A DNA stretch of 64,000 bases from a virus, in the IMG/VR virus record IMGVR_UViG_3300043392_000054, positions 64,001 through 128,000 of that record; one strand, given 5' to 3'. Position 1 is the first letter of the stretch. Each line of letters begins with the position of its first letter. A model generated the notes under the pieces. That model saw only the letters and a list, made by a program, of their open reading frames with translations, was not told the origin of the DNA and ran no database searches. Made by a program: the position numbers and the translations under genes. Shown here in pieces: positions 9,382 through 18,618 of the stretch.

Positions 9382-11322
9382 ATGGTTAGAGGTAGCACAG
9401 CTAATGAGTATGGAGATTATTTAATTGCATCTATTCAAGACCCGTATACTGACGTTGTACGAGTTTTAGATTGGCAAATATTAGCTGGACTTTCAGATTC
9501 TACAACAGTAGGAACTATTAGTTTAGTAAGAGGCAGTAAAATAGTTAATGGATTAGCAACTAACTTTTCTAATTTAAATAATGGTGATTTTATTATTGTA
9601 GGTAACTTAAAACTAGAGGTTGACCAAATAGTCGATACACATAAGTTATTGTTAGTTAATAATGCACCTACAACTGTAACTAATGTTCAATTTTTTAGAG
9701 AACAAAATGACTATAATAACTTTACATACGAGTTTAGATTTTCTAAAGATGGTAAAGTTTATAATGAATTTCATGAATTAAATAAGCAAAATGACTTTGG
9801 TGATATAATGTCAATGGAGTTTAATCCTAGAGAAAAATTATATCTAGACGTAAAAGCTGAGGTTAATATTATTCAACCTGGTAATTCAATAACTTTAATT
9901 GCAGTAACATATACATTAGAAAAAGATAATGGTATTGTTGATTCATGTCCTCAACTATGTTTAGATTGTACAGACCCATTCTTATACACAGGTTGTGCTA
10001 ATATTAGAGTTGATTGCGAATACGATAATCTTTTTAATCCTTATAATTTAAATAAGGCTCAACAGGTTTATTTACAAATGTCTAATTTAGTTAATGATAT
10101 ATTTGGACATAAGGTGACCTATTTTAAAACTGAGCCAGACCAAAGAACAAAAGATGTTATTTTAATGGAATACTCTCTATTTGATGTAGTAGACCAAAAA
10201 GACATTAAGATATTAGTGCCAGATAATGAATTCCCACAAGAGTCAACTATTTCCTATGATATGTTTGGTATGGATTTTGAAGAATTTGAGATTCATATCG
10301 TAAGAAAGGAATTTGAAACAGCATTTGGATATAAAGCGTATCCAAGAGCAAAGGACTATATGTATATTCCAATTATCAATAAAATGTATTCGGTTAGTTC
10401 AGTTGCCTTAGGTGACCGTTTTAATGCTGCTAAATCTTATTGGAAAGTTAAACTAACTAAATATAGTGATAATAATGCGATTGACCCAGATGGATTTGAT
10501 TTAGCTACTGACGAATTAATTACAGGTATTGATGAAATATTTGGTGCAGAAATTCAAGATGCGTATGACAAAGATACACATCCACAGCAATTTCAAACAG
10601 TTTCAACTGCATATAGAGATGGAATTAGAACATTTATGGAAAAGAACTTATCAATTGTAGATTATGACCTTAAAAATAGATGGACTGTTGTCTCTAAAAA
10701 TTATTATGATTTAACTAAAGTTGAAAGAGGTGAAGTAGCAATTGAATATGCTAAAATGAGTAAATTAAGCAATACTGAAAATTTTGCTATTACAGTATGG
10801 CTTCAACCTCAATTTCCAAATGGGTATGCTGCCGATGAATTTGTATTTGGTGACTATGATGGAATGCTAGGATTTAGAACTACTCTTTCTCCTCAAGAAT
10901 TTAAGGTTACTATTAATAATATTCAATATTCATTTACACATGGCCTTACATTCTCGACTTCAAAATGGTATGCATTTATCTTAAATGGTAGTAATGACTT
11001 TAAACAATTATCACTATACATATATTCATTAGACCCTGCTATTAATTTTAATAGACCTCAATTAGGAGATAATGACCTAGTATATGAGTTTAATGAAACT
11101 AAATCAGTTACGCAAGCATTTGTATGGGATTCTAATACACATTATAATATTAGAGGCGGTAAATTATTATTAACCAACTTAAGATTATTTAAGACTCCGA
11201 TTGAATTTGAACAGCATCACAATGTCTTAAATCAATATATGGTTAGAGATTCACAGCAAGCTCTTATTATTGATAATGCAATTCCTTCTATCGGATACCA
11301 GAAGTTCAAAAATGCTCGTTAA
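9382..11322 (+). CDS. neck protein gp14-like core with extra N- and C-terminal domains (C-terminal LamG-like)
   Basis: FGHKVTYF, FGMDFEEFEIHI...F...P.AKDYMYIPIINKMYSVSSV matches the gp14 pattern; FAITVWLQP...KWYAF suggests a concanavalin/LamG fold. Confidence 0.7.
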   Translation: MVRGSTANEYGDYLIASIQDPYTDVVRVLDWQILAGLSDSTTVGTISLVRGSKIVNGLATNFSNLNNGDFIIVGNLKLEVDQIVDTHKLLLVNNAPTTVTNVQFFREQNDYNNFTYEFRFSKDGKVYNEFHELNKQNDFGDIMSMEFNPREKLYLDVKAEVNIIQPGNSITLIAVTYTLEKDNGIVDSCPQLCLDCTDPFLYTGCANIRVDCEYDNLFNPYNLNKAQQVYLQMSNLVNDIFGHKVTYFKTEPDQRTKDVILMEYSLFDVVDQKDIKILVPDNEFPQESTISYDMFGMDFEEFEIHIVRKEFETAFGYKAYPRAKDYMYIPIINKMYSVSSVALGDRFNAAKSYWKVKLTKYSDNNAIDPDGFDLATDELITGIDEIFGAEIQDAYDKDTHPQQFQTVSTAYRDGIRTFMEKNLSIVDYDLKNRWTVVSKNYYDLTKVERGEVAIEYAKMSKLSNTENFAITVWLQPQFPNGYAADEFVFGDYDGMLGFRTTLSPQEFKVTINNIQYSFTHGLTFSTSKWYAFILNGSNDFKQLSLYIYSLDPAINFNRPQLGDNDLVYEFNETKSVTQAFVWDSNTHYNIRGGKLLLTNLRLFKTPIEFEQHHNVLNQYMVRDSQQALIIDNAIPSIGYQKFKNAR

Positions 11323-11360
11323 TTTTTGTTGATATATAATCTGAAATAATATTATATTAT

Positions 11361-12035
11361 ATGTCAGAAGAAAAGAAACGAACGATTAGCGAACAAGCTG
11401 ATGATATTCGAAAAGAATTAGATGAATTAATCGGTTTAGATGAAACCCCAATTTCAGATATTGCAATAAAAGACCCAGCTCTACCTTCAGTTAGAGATAG
11501 AGCACCTATTTCATTTACTAATATGAAAAGCGGTGCTACTGCAAAAGCTAAGAAGACAATTAATGCTTTAATGAAATTCTATCTAGATGCAGACATCATA
11601 GAAAAAGATGAATACATTGTAGCAAAAAGAGAAATTGATGAAATGACAATGTCTTCATTAGTATATCAATTACAAGCTGGAGAAGTTGCATTAACAAGAT
11701 TACTAGAAACTATCGATGACGGTGAATTAGCCCCAAGAATGTTTGAAGTACTTGCTACATTACAAAAATCAATGCTTGATATTATCAAATCTCAGACCAT
11801 GTATCTAATGGCAACTGAAGAATCTACTAAAAGAATAGCAAGAGACATTGAACTATACAGAAAAAATGTTGATAAGCAAGAGATTATTGAAGCGGGTGGT
11901 TCAACTGATAATGGAAATGTTCAACGTGGAACAAAAGATTTAATGAGATTAATTCAACAAGCTAAAAGCGTAAATACTGGAGAAGAATTTGAGGAAACAA
12001 CAGCTGAAGATGTTGAAATAAACGAAGAAGATTAA
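11361..12035 (+). CDS. terminase small subunit (gp16-like)
   Basis: PRMFEVLATLQKSMLDI resembles the gp16 PRAYEV..LIK motif; immediately upstream of large terminase. Confidence 0.75.
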   Translation: MSEEKKRTISEQADDIRKELDELIGLDETPISDIAIKDPALPSVRDRAPISFTNMKSGATAKAKKTINALMKFYLDADIIEKDEYIVAKREIDEMTMSSLVYQLQAGEVALTRLLETIDDGELAPRMFEVLATLQKSMLDIIKSQTMYLMATEESTKRIARDIELYRKNVDKQEIIEAGGSTDNGNVQRGTKDLMRLIQQAKSVNTGEEFEETTAEDVEINEED

Positions 12036-12037
12036 TT

Positions 12038-13867
12038 ATGGCAGAGAACGCAAGTGATAACGTTTGGATTCCCAAGGGTTCAGGTGAAGAATCTTCAACT
12101 ACTAAACTAGTTTGGTCTTCAAAAAACGTTAAGGATTATATAATAGCAATTGACAAGGGTTATAAACCTAATGTTAGTTCACCTTTTTATGAAGGTAAAC
12201 AACATTTACGTAAAGGTAATATTGTCTTTGAATATACAGATGCTGAAATTCAAGAAATAACAAGATGCGCAAATGATATTGTTTATTTTGCAGAAAAGTA
12301 TGCTGTAGTAATGACCGATGATGGTATAAAAAAGGTAAAACTTAGAGAATACCAAAAAACAATGTTAAAAAATCTACAGGATAATAGATTTAACATTGTT
12401 TTAGCATCAAGACAGATGGGTAAAACTGTAACATCTTCTATTTTCAATGCTTGGTTTATTACATTTAATTTTGATAAAAATACTCTGCTTTTAGCCAATA
12501 AAGCTGATTCAACAAAGGAAATTATTGATAAGGCTAAGGTTGTTATAGAACATTTACCTTTCTATATGAAACCTGGAATTATTAAGTATGACGTAATGAA
12601 CGTTAGGGCTGATAATGGTTGTCGTTTAGTGGGTCAATCAACCACTGCCAAAGCCGGTATCGGTTTTACTATTCATAATCTGTATCTTGATGAGTTTGCC
12701 CATATTCCACCAAATATCGTAGATGTATTCTATGAGAACGTTTATCCTACTCTTTCTTCTTCGAAGATTTCTCGTATCAATATTACATCAACTCCAAACG
12801 GATTTAATAAGTTCTATGAAATTTGGTCAGCTGCAGAAAAGGGTGATAACGCATATACACCATTAAGAATTGACTGGTGGCAACATCCAGACCGAGATGA
12901 TGCATGGTATCAAAGAGAACTTAGAAACTTAGGTTCTGAAGAGGCATTTAATAGACAGTACGGTAATGAATTCGTAAGTTCATCTACTCTATTATTATCA
13001 CCGGGCTCAATGGCTCAAATGAGAAAGAAAGCAAAGAAGTTTATTTACCATGAACTAGAAGAATTCGATAATATTCACATAGATGTAAAGGGCTTTTTAG
13101 GATTTCACCCTGGCTTTGATATAGAGAATGCTAGAAGTGAAGACCATAGATTTTTATTTTCAGTCGATATTGCTGAAGGAAATGGAGGAGATTATTCTGT
13201 AATTAATGTGTTTGAAATTGAACCAATGACTAAAAAGCACATTGATAATATTCAAAACCCAGGTGCGATGTATGATTTCTTTAGAATGAATCAAATTGCA
13301 GTGTTTAGGTCAAATGAGCACGTAATTGAAGACTTTGCAAAGATACTTTATACATTAGCATGTGAGGTCTTTAACCCTGAATCAGTTAAAATGATTATAG
13401 AATTTAACACGTATGGTTCTATCTTAATGAAATATTTACAAACCGTATTTCCTCAAAGAAATGAATTTGAAGATGATATGGTTTTAAGATTTAAGCATAG
13501 ACACGATAGCAAAGGTTTAAATTTTGGAATTAGACTTAAAGCTGATAATAAATCAGTATTTTGTCAAAACTTTAAAAAATTAATAGAACAAAATAGACTA
13601 TTTATTAATGAAGTAGAAACAGTTAATGAAGCATCTCTTTTTGGTACTCTTAAAAATGGAAGTTATGGAGCTCAAATGGGTCACGACGATACAGTTATGA
13701 CAGCTATTTGTGCAACTGAATTTTATAGTACAACTGATTATGCAGATTACGTTGAAGAATTACTAGATATTATAGATGAAGACTTACATGATTATATGGA
13801 ATCTGTTTTATACAGAGATAATGATAGCCAAGGAGACTTACAATATGATATTTATGACCTAGTATAA
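12038..13867 (+). CDS. gp17: terminase large subunit
   Basis: LREYQ, SRQMGKT, LYLDEFAH, ITSTPNG, VDIAEGNGGDYS, HDDTVM; no intein evident. Confidence 0.96.
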   Translation: MAENASDNVWIPKGSGEESSTTKLVWSSKNVKDYIIAIDKGYKPNVSSPFYEGKQHLRKGNIVFEYTDAEIQEITRCANDIVYFAEKYAVVMTDDGIKKVKLREYQKTMLKNLQDNRFNIVLASRQMGKTVTSSIFNAWFITFNFDKNTLLLANKADSTKEIIDKAKVVIEHLPFYMKPGIIKYDVMNVRADNGCRLVGQSTTAKAGIGFTIHNLYLDEFAHIPPNIVDVFYENVYPTLSSSKISRINITSTPNGFNKFYEIWSAAEKGDNAYTPLRIDWWQHPDRDDAWYQRELRNLGSEEAFNRQYGNEFVSSSTLLLSPGSMAQMRKKAKKFIYHELEEFDNIHIDVKGFLGFHPGFDIENARSEDHRFLFSVDIAEGNGGDYSVINVFEIEPMTKKHIDNIQNPGAMYDFFRMNQIAVFRSNEHVIEDFAKILYTLACEVFNPESVKMIIEFNTYGSILMKYLQTVFPQRNEFEDDMVLRFKHRHDSKGLNFGIRLKADNKSVFCQNFKKLIEQNRLFINEVETVNEASLFGTLKNGSYGAQMGHDDTVMTAICATEFYSTTDYADYVEELLDIIDEDLHDYMESVLYRDNDSQGDLQYDIYDLV

Positions 13868-13925
13868 TATAATTTCATAATAAGCATAGATATATAGAAT
13901 ATAAAAAAAATAATACTCAAAAATT

Positions 13926-16526
13926 ATGGCACTTAGTCCTCAATTAGCGAACTTTAAAAGCTCAGGTGTGTACAGATTAGAATTTGATAAATCTATCACA
14001 ACTAGCTTTAATACGCAAACACTTAGACTGGTAGTTGGTCACTCTAAAAAGGGTCCTTACAATACTCCAGTACTTTGCCAAACTGCAGAAGAATTTAATG
14101 CAGTGTTTGGTTCAATTGATTTAAATTTAGAGAAAAAAGGTATGTTCTTTCACAGATCGGCATTAGCTGCTTTAGGAAGAGGTGCTATTTTAGCTCTAAA
14201 CTTAGCAAATATCGACGAAGATGATACAGTTTCATACCAATCATTAGTAACTAATGGTTCAAAAGATTCTATTTCTGCTAACTCTGGTTCAAAAGAATAT
14301 TCAAGCATTTTTAATGTTGATAAATTTTGGTTCCCAGAAGATAAAGAAGTTATCAATTCAATCGGAGCTGATTCTGATAGAATTTTAAATTTAGTTAATA
14401 TTAAGCAAGAACCTATTACGGTTATCGTAAGAAAGGCACAAGATGTTGCTCAATTTGATATTTCTGCAAGAGAATGGTATGGTCAAGGTAATGTACCAGC
14501 ATTCTTAAATGATTTTGATTACTTATCAGATTTCATGGTAGATGTATTTGTATTTAAAGGAGAATTTGATGCAGCTACATTAGATACAGACCCAGTTTAC
14601 GGTGCATATTTCACTGCTGATGGTTTAATCAAGGCTAAATTAAATGAATTTGCAAACTTAAGACAAGTTTCTTTAATTGCAAAATATACAGGTTCAGTAA
14701 TTCCAGGTTTTAAAGACTTAGAAGGTAGAAACTTATACATTGAAACTGCAATTAATCAAGAAGCAAGAAGAACAGGTTTATTCTGCGCAATTAACGAAGA
14801 TGCTGTAACTGATATTACAGGTACTAAAGTTGATTTCATTGGTCACAACTATGATGATAACCAAGATTACAACTTATTATCTTACAAAGCAACTCAAACA
14901 GTTAACGACCTTTCTATTGTTTTACCAGCAGCGGCTAATAACGGTGGAGATGCAGTAATTACAAGTTTACACACTACTTCTGTTGCAAATGATACATTAC
15001 ATATTGAAAACTTAGATTTAACTGGTACTATTACAACTGGTCAATTATTCTTAAGTGCATCTACTCCAGGTGAATATGTTCAAATTACACACGTTGAATA
15101 TACAGCTGGTGTATTTATTGTAACTGCAAACGGAGCAATTGCTTCATCATACGCAGGTATTGATACTACTTCTGCAGCATCAAGCTTACCATATTTTACT
15201 TTATCAGCTTCTAAATTTGTTCATTACTTCATGACAGCTGGAGCGGTTCAAGGTACTTATGCTAATATCGGTGGTGGTCAATTTACAATGACATTTGATA
15301 TGACTGGTCATACTTCAACTGCAATCAACTTCCCAATTAAAAAGGGTAACTTTGTTAATGCGGCTGCAGCTGGAAGAGTTGCAAGAGTTAAAAGAGTTCA
15401 AGAAACAATTAACGGAAATGTTCATACATTTACAGTAACATGTGACCAACCAGTTGCAGATACTTGGGCATACCACTTTGTTCTTTCTTTTGAAGAAGCA
15501 TCTTCAGTTTATAAGACTTTTGTTTTAGGAAAAGCATCAGTTGGTGAAAAATCTATCTCAGGTGTTCTTTCTCAATTATCAGGTACTAATTTATTTAATG
15601 CTTTAATTGATAAAGATTTAATCGATTACAGATATATCGTAGATACGTTTGGTTCATTAGAAAATGGTGGAATTTTAAATAAGAGAGAATTATCATTCTT
15701 AGCACACGAAAGACAAAATGCTTCTGCAATCTTAAATGCTCCAATGATTAAAGATTTCAAAGCATCTACTAATCCATCTTTCAAAGATGCAAGCGGTGCA
15801 TTCCAAACTGAATACGTTGCTTCAGGTGGTAATTTAGATATGAATCCAAATGCTCTTTATTCTTTACCTTCTATTAATGACGGTGCAAACTTCGCATTCT
15901 ATTATGGTCCAGGTTTAGTAGTAAGAGAAAATGGTAAGGACGTTATTGTTCCTCCAGCTGCTTACGTATCTAATAACTATGTTGATAAATTCTTTAACGC
16001 TTTACCATGGTCAATCGTTGCAGGTCCAAGAAGAGGAGTTGTTTCAGGTGCTAATGTAGTTGGTGTTGAATATCCATTTGCAAAAGCGGATAGAGATATT
16101 TTAGAACCATTTGGTATTAACCCAATCGTATTCCAAAGAGGTGCAGGTTTAACTATCACTGGTAATAAAACAGCTCAACAATCTATTCAATCAGCTTTAT
16201 CTTCAGCTCACGTAAGAGAAGTATTAATCTACATTGAAGAAGGTTTAGCTAAAATCTTAAAGAACTACGTATTTGAATTTAATACAGCTCAAACAAGATT
16301 AGAGATTAAAACTTTAGCAGATTCATTTATGAATTCATTAAAGGCAGATGGCGGTGTTTACGACTTTAAAAACGTAATGGACCAAACTAATAATACAAAT
16401 GATGTAATTGATAATAACATCGGTATTTTAGATACATTTGTTGAACCAGTTAAAGGTTTAGAAATTGTAGTACAGAGAACAACAGTATTAAATACTGGAG
16501 AAATTCAAACTGGAAACTTTTCTTAA
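13926..16526 (+). CDS. gp18: tail sheath protein
   Basis: SSGVYRLEFD, KGPYNTP N-terminus; VPPAAYV, PWSIVAGPRRG, GINPI, TGNKT, VFEFN, FVEPVK C-terminus. Confidence 0.95.
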   Translation: MALSPQLANFKSSGVYRLEFDKSITTSFNTQTLRLVVGHSKKGPYNTPVLCQTAEEFNAVFGSIDLNLEKKGMFFHRSALAALGRGAILALNLANIDEDDTVSYQSLVTNGSKDSISANSGSKEYSSIFNVDKFWFPEDKEVINSIGADSDRILNLVNIKQEPITVIVRKAQDVAQFDISAREWYGQGNVPAFLNDFDYLSDFMVDVFVFKGEFDAATLDTDPVYGAYFTADGLIKAKLNEFANLRQVSLIAKYTGSVIPGFKDLEGRNLYIETAINQEARRTGLFCAINEDAVTDITGTKVDFIGHNYDDNQDYNLLSYKATQTVNDLSIVLPAAANNGGDAVITSLHTTSVANDTLHIENLDLTGTITTGQLFLSASTPGEYVQITHVEYTAGVFIVTANGAIASSYAGIDTTSAASSLPYFTLSASKFVHYFMTAGAVQGTYANIGGGQFTMTFDMTGHTSTAINFPIKKGNFVNAAAAGRVARVKRVQETINGNVHTFTVTCDQPVADTWAYHFVLSFEEASSVYKTFVLGKASVGEKSISGVLSQLSGTNLFNALIDKDLIDYRYIVDTFGSLENGGILNKRELSFLAHERQNASAILNAPMIKDFKASTNPSFKDASGAFQTEYVASGGNLDMNPNALYSLPSINDGANFAFYYGPGLVVRENGKDVIVPPAAYVSNNYVDKFFNALPWSIVAGPRRGVVSGANVVGVEYPFAKADRDILEPFGINPIVFQRGAGLTITGNKTAQQSIQSALSSAHVREVLIYIEEGLAKILKNYVFEFNTAQTRLEIKTLADSFMNSLKADGGVYDFKNVMDQTNNTNDVIDNNIGILDTFVEPVKGLEIVVQRTTVLNTGEIQTGNFS

Positions 16527-16556
16527 TAAATAGATAAAAAATAAAACACATACAAA

Positions 16557-17111
16557 ATGGCTTTACCACATTATTCACAAGACCAGACTTCTAAGAAGGG
16601 TATGCAGTACGAACCGGTACAGGCAAACCTATTTGAAGTGACAATCTTACCTCCTGCTGGTGTTGCTGGTTCTTCTTTATTATTACAACACGTTAACAAG
16701 ATTAGCGGTTTAAATCTTTACAAAGAAATTTCAGCAGTTGAACAAAAATATAAATTCTCTAAAAGAACTTTCGCTGGCATGCCAGATGAAACAACTTTAG
16801 ATGTTGCTATTGAGTTCTCATTAAACTTAAATGATTCTAATCAAGCTTATCTTTATAAGACTCTTAGAGCATGGTATAACAAGCAATATGACCCACAAAC
16901 AGGTGTTATGGGTCTTAAAAAGGATTACACTGGAACTATCGTAGTTGTTCAATATAACAGAGCAGGTGATATTTACAGAACAATCACTTTAGAAGATTGC
17001 TTTATCACTTCAGGTTTACCTTTCACAGAAGAGTTAAACTATGAGACAACTGATGCTCAATTATTAGAAGTTACTTGGAAAGTAAATACTTTCAAAGAAG
17101 TTTTAGCTTAA
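16557..17111 (+). CDS. gp19: tail tube protein
   Basis: EP..ANLFEV, KYKFS.R.FAG.P, LRAW...YDP.TG, DY.GTI.V.QY; follows sheath. Confidence 0.88.
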   Translation: MALPHYSQDQTSKKGMQYEPVQANLFEVTILPPAGVAGSSLLLQHVNKISGLNLYKEISAVEQKYKFSKRTFAGMPDETTLDVAIEFSLNLNDSNQAYLYKTLRAWYNKQYDPQTGVMGLKKDYTGTIVVVQYNRAGDIYRTITLEDCFITSGLPFTEELNYETTDAQLLEVTWKVNTFKEVLA

Positions 17112-17124
17112 TTTTAAATTTATA

Positions 17125-17160
17125 AAAAAAGAGGGTGAATATTTTCATCCTCTCTTTTTG
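17125..17160 (+). terminator. intrinsic terminator after tail tube
   Basis: GAGGGTGAA / TTCATCCTC stem flanked by A- and T-tracts. Confidence 0.75.
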
Positions 17161-17201
17161 TCACAAATATATATAATATATTATTAATATAATCATAACA
17201 A

Positions 17202-17429
17202 ATGTCGAACGTAGATAAATTAACCAAAAAACTCCAAGTACTTTTAAGTGAAGAAGAAGTTTTTATATTGAATAGAATTATCTTAAATGATGCTCTAGAA
17301 AATCAAGAAAGACCAATCTCAATTTCAGCCTTTATAAGAGAATTAATTAGAAAGGAAATCGAAAGTCGTCCAGAAGGAGATAAAACCTGGAGTAGTGATA
17401 GAATTAATCAACTTAAATCAAAGAAATAA
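17202..17429 (+). CDS. ribbon-helix-helix (CopG-like) DNA-binding protein
   Basis: KKLQVLLSEEE strand followed by ISISAFIRELIRKEI helix. Confidence 0.6.
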   Translation: MSNVDKLTKKLQVLLSEEEVFILNRIILNDALENQERPISISAFIRELIRKEIESRPEGDKTWSSDRINQLKSKK

Positions 17430-18373
17430 TGAATCAAGAAGAAAATCAAAATTTAGAGGAACAATACAAAAACATTGTAAATATGACAGAAGCTCAAAAT
17501 GAAGCACCTTTAAATTTAGGTAAGGTTGACATGTCAAAACATTCAACACAAAAGGCAGCAGACCCAGATACAGTTCTGGGATATTACACAATTGATATGG
17601 AAAATTTACCATCAGGTGGTAGATTTTATTCAGCCGATTCTGTAATATCGATTCGTTCAGCAAAAGTTGCTGAAATTAGACATTTTTCAACAGTTGACGA
17701 TAGCAACTTAATTGATATAGAAGAAAAATTAAACTATATCGTTAAATCATGTATTCGTTTTACTAGTAAATCTAAAGTTCTTTCTTATAAAGACATTTTA
17801 GAAGAAGACAGAGTTTTCTTATTACTTTCAATCAGAGACTTAACTTTTCCAGAGCCAGAAAACAAATTAACAGTTACTGCTAAAACAAAAGATGGCGAAG
17901 AGTTTGAGGCTGAAATTGCATCGAAGTATTTTCAATTATCAAGAATTCCTGATGATATTCAAAAATATTATGATGACAATACAAGAAGATTTGAAATTCA
18001 AACTAAATCCTTTGGTACAATTACAATGTGTCCACCAACTATTGGTGTTATGGAGGTTATTACTGACTATATTAGAGTTAGACAAACTGAAAGAAAACCA
18101 TGGGACCAATCATTCTTACAGATTTTACCCTATATTCAAAAAGATTGGAGAGGTTTTAATGAAGCTGCAATTTTTAAAGGTGAAGTTGAATTCCAAGCTT
18201 GGAATGAAAGAAAGTATATGTTAGTTTATAAGTTAGCTGAACAGATGAAAATTGGTGTACAACCTGAAATGTTAGTACAACACGAGGATGAGGAGGTACT
18301 CGTTCCTATCAGCTTTCGTGACGGAATCAAATCTCTTTTCATTATTCAAGATTTCTCTTCAGAACTTCTTTAA
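17429..18373 (+). CDS. baseplate hub / tail assembly chaperone (gp26-like)
   Basis: LPSGGRFY...IRSAKVAE, DILEEDRVFLLLSIR; lies between tube and tape measure; ends CTT CTT TAA. Confidence 0.7.
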   Translation: MNQEENQNLEEQYKNIVNMTEAQNEAPLNLGKVDMSKHSTQKAADPDTVLGYYTIDMENLPSGGRFYSADSVISIRSAKVAEIRHFSTVDDSNLIDIEEKLNYIVKSCIRFTSKSKVLSYKDILEEDRVFLLLSIRDLTFPEPENKLTVTAKTKDGEEFEAEIASKYFQLSRIPDDIQKYYDDNTRRFEIQTKSFGTITMCPPTIGVMEVITDYIRVRQTERKPWDQSFLQILPYIQKDWRGFNEAAIFKGEVEFQAWNERKYMLVYKLAEQMKIGVQPEMLVQHEDEEVLVPISFRDGIKSLFIIQDFSSELL

Positions 18374-18587
18374 GACTAAGTTTTATATGATGTATCACTT
18401 GAAGTTACAACCTTCAGAAATTGATGCATTTGATTATTACGAATACCATTATTATATTAAAGATATGACAGAGGTATTAAAGAAACAAAAGGAGAATCAA
18501 GATAGTGAACAGCAACAACAGCCGAGCACTAAAATGCCAACCTTTAAGCAACCAAGCTTTAAAATGCCATCGATGCCTAAAAGATAG
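18288..18587 (+). CDS. gp51-like baseplate hub assembly protein, probably the frameshift extension of the preceding gene
   Basis: SLQNFFKTKFYMMYHLKLQPSEID...EYHYYI resembles gp51 LENYYKTNFALMQHHKYSLTE; similarity starts upstream of the ATGs at 18387/18390, inside the overlap. Confidence 0.65.
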   Translation: MRRYSFLSAFVTESNLFSLFKISLQNFFKTKFYMMYHLKLQPSEIDAFDYYEYHYYIKDMTEVLKKQKENQDSEQQQQPSTKMPTFKQPSFKMPSMPKR

Positions 18588-18618
18588 ATGGATATATACA
18601 AAAAAGAAATAGATTATT

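Noticed and set aside
12038-13867. Intein or intron in the large terminase
   Set aside because: 609 aa with contiguous ATPase and nuclease motifs, about T4 gp17 length.
17892-18224. Alternate-frame 110-aa ORF inside the gp26-like gene
   Set aside because: Fully nested, composition typical of an off-frame read, no family signal.
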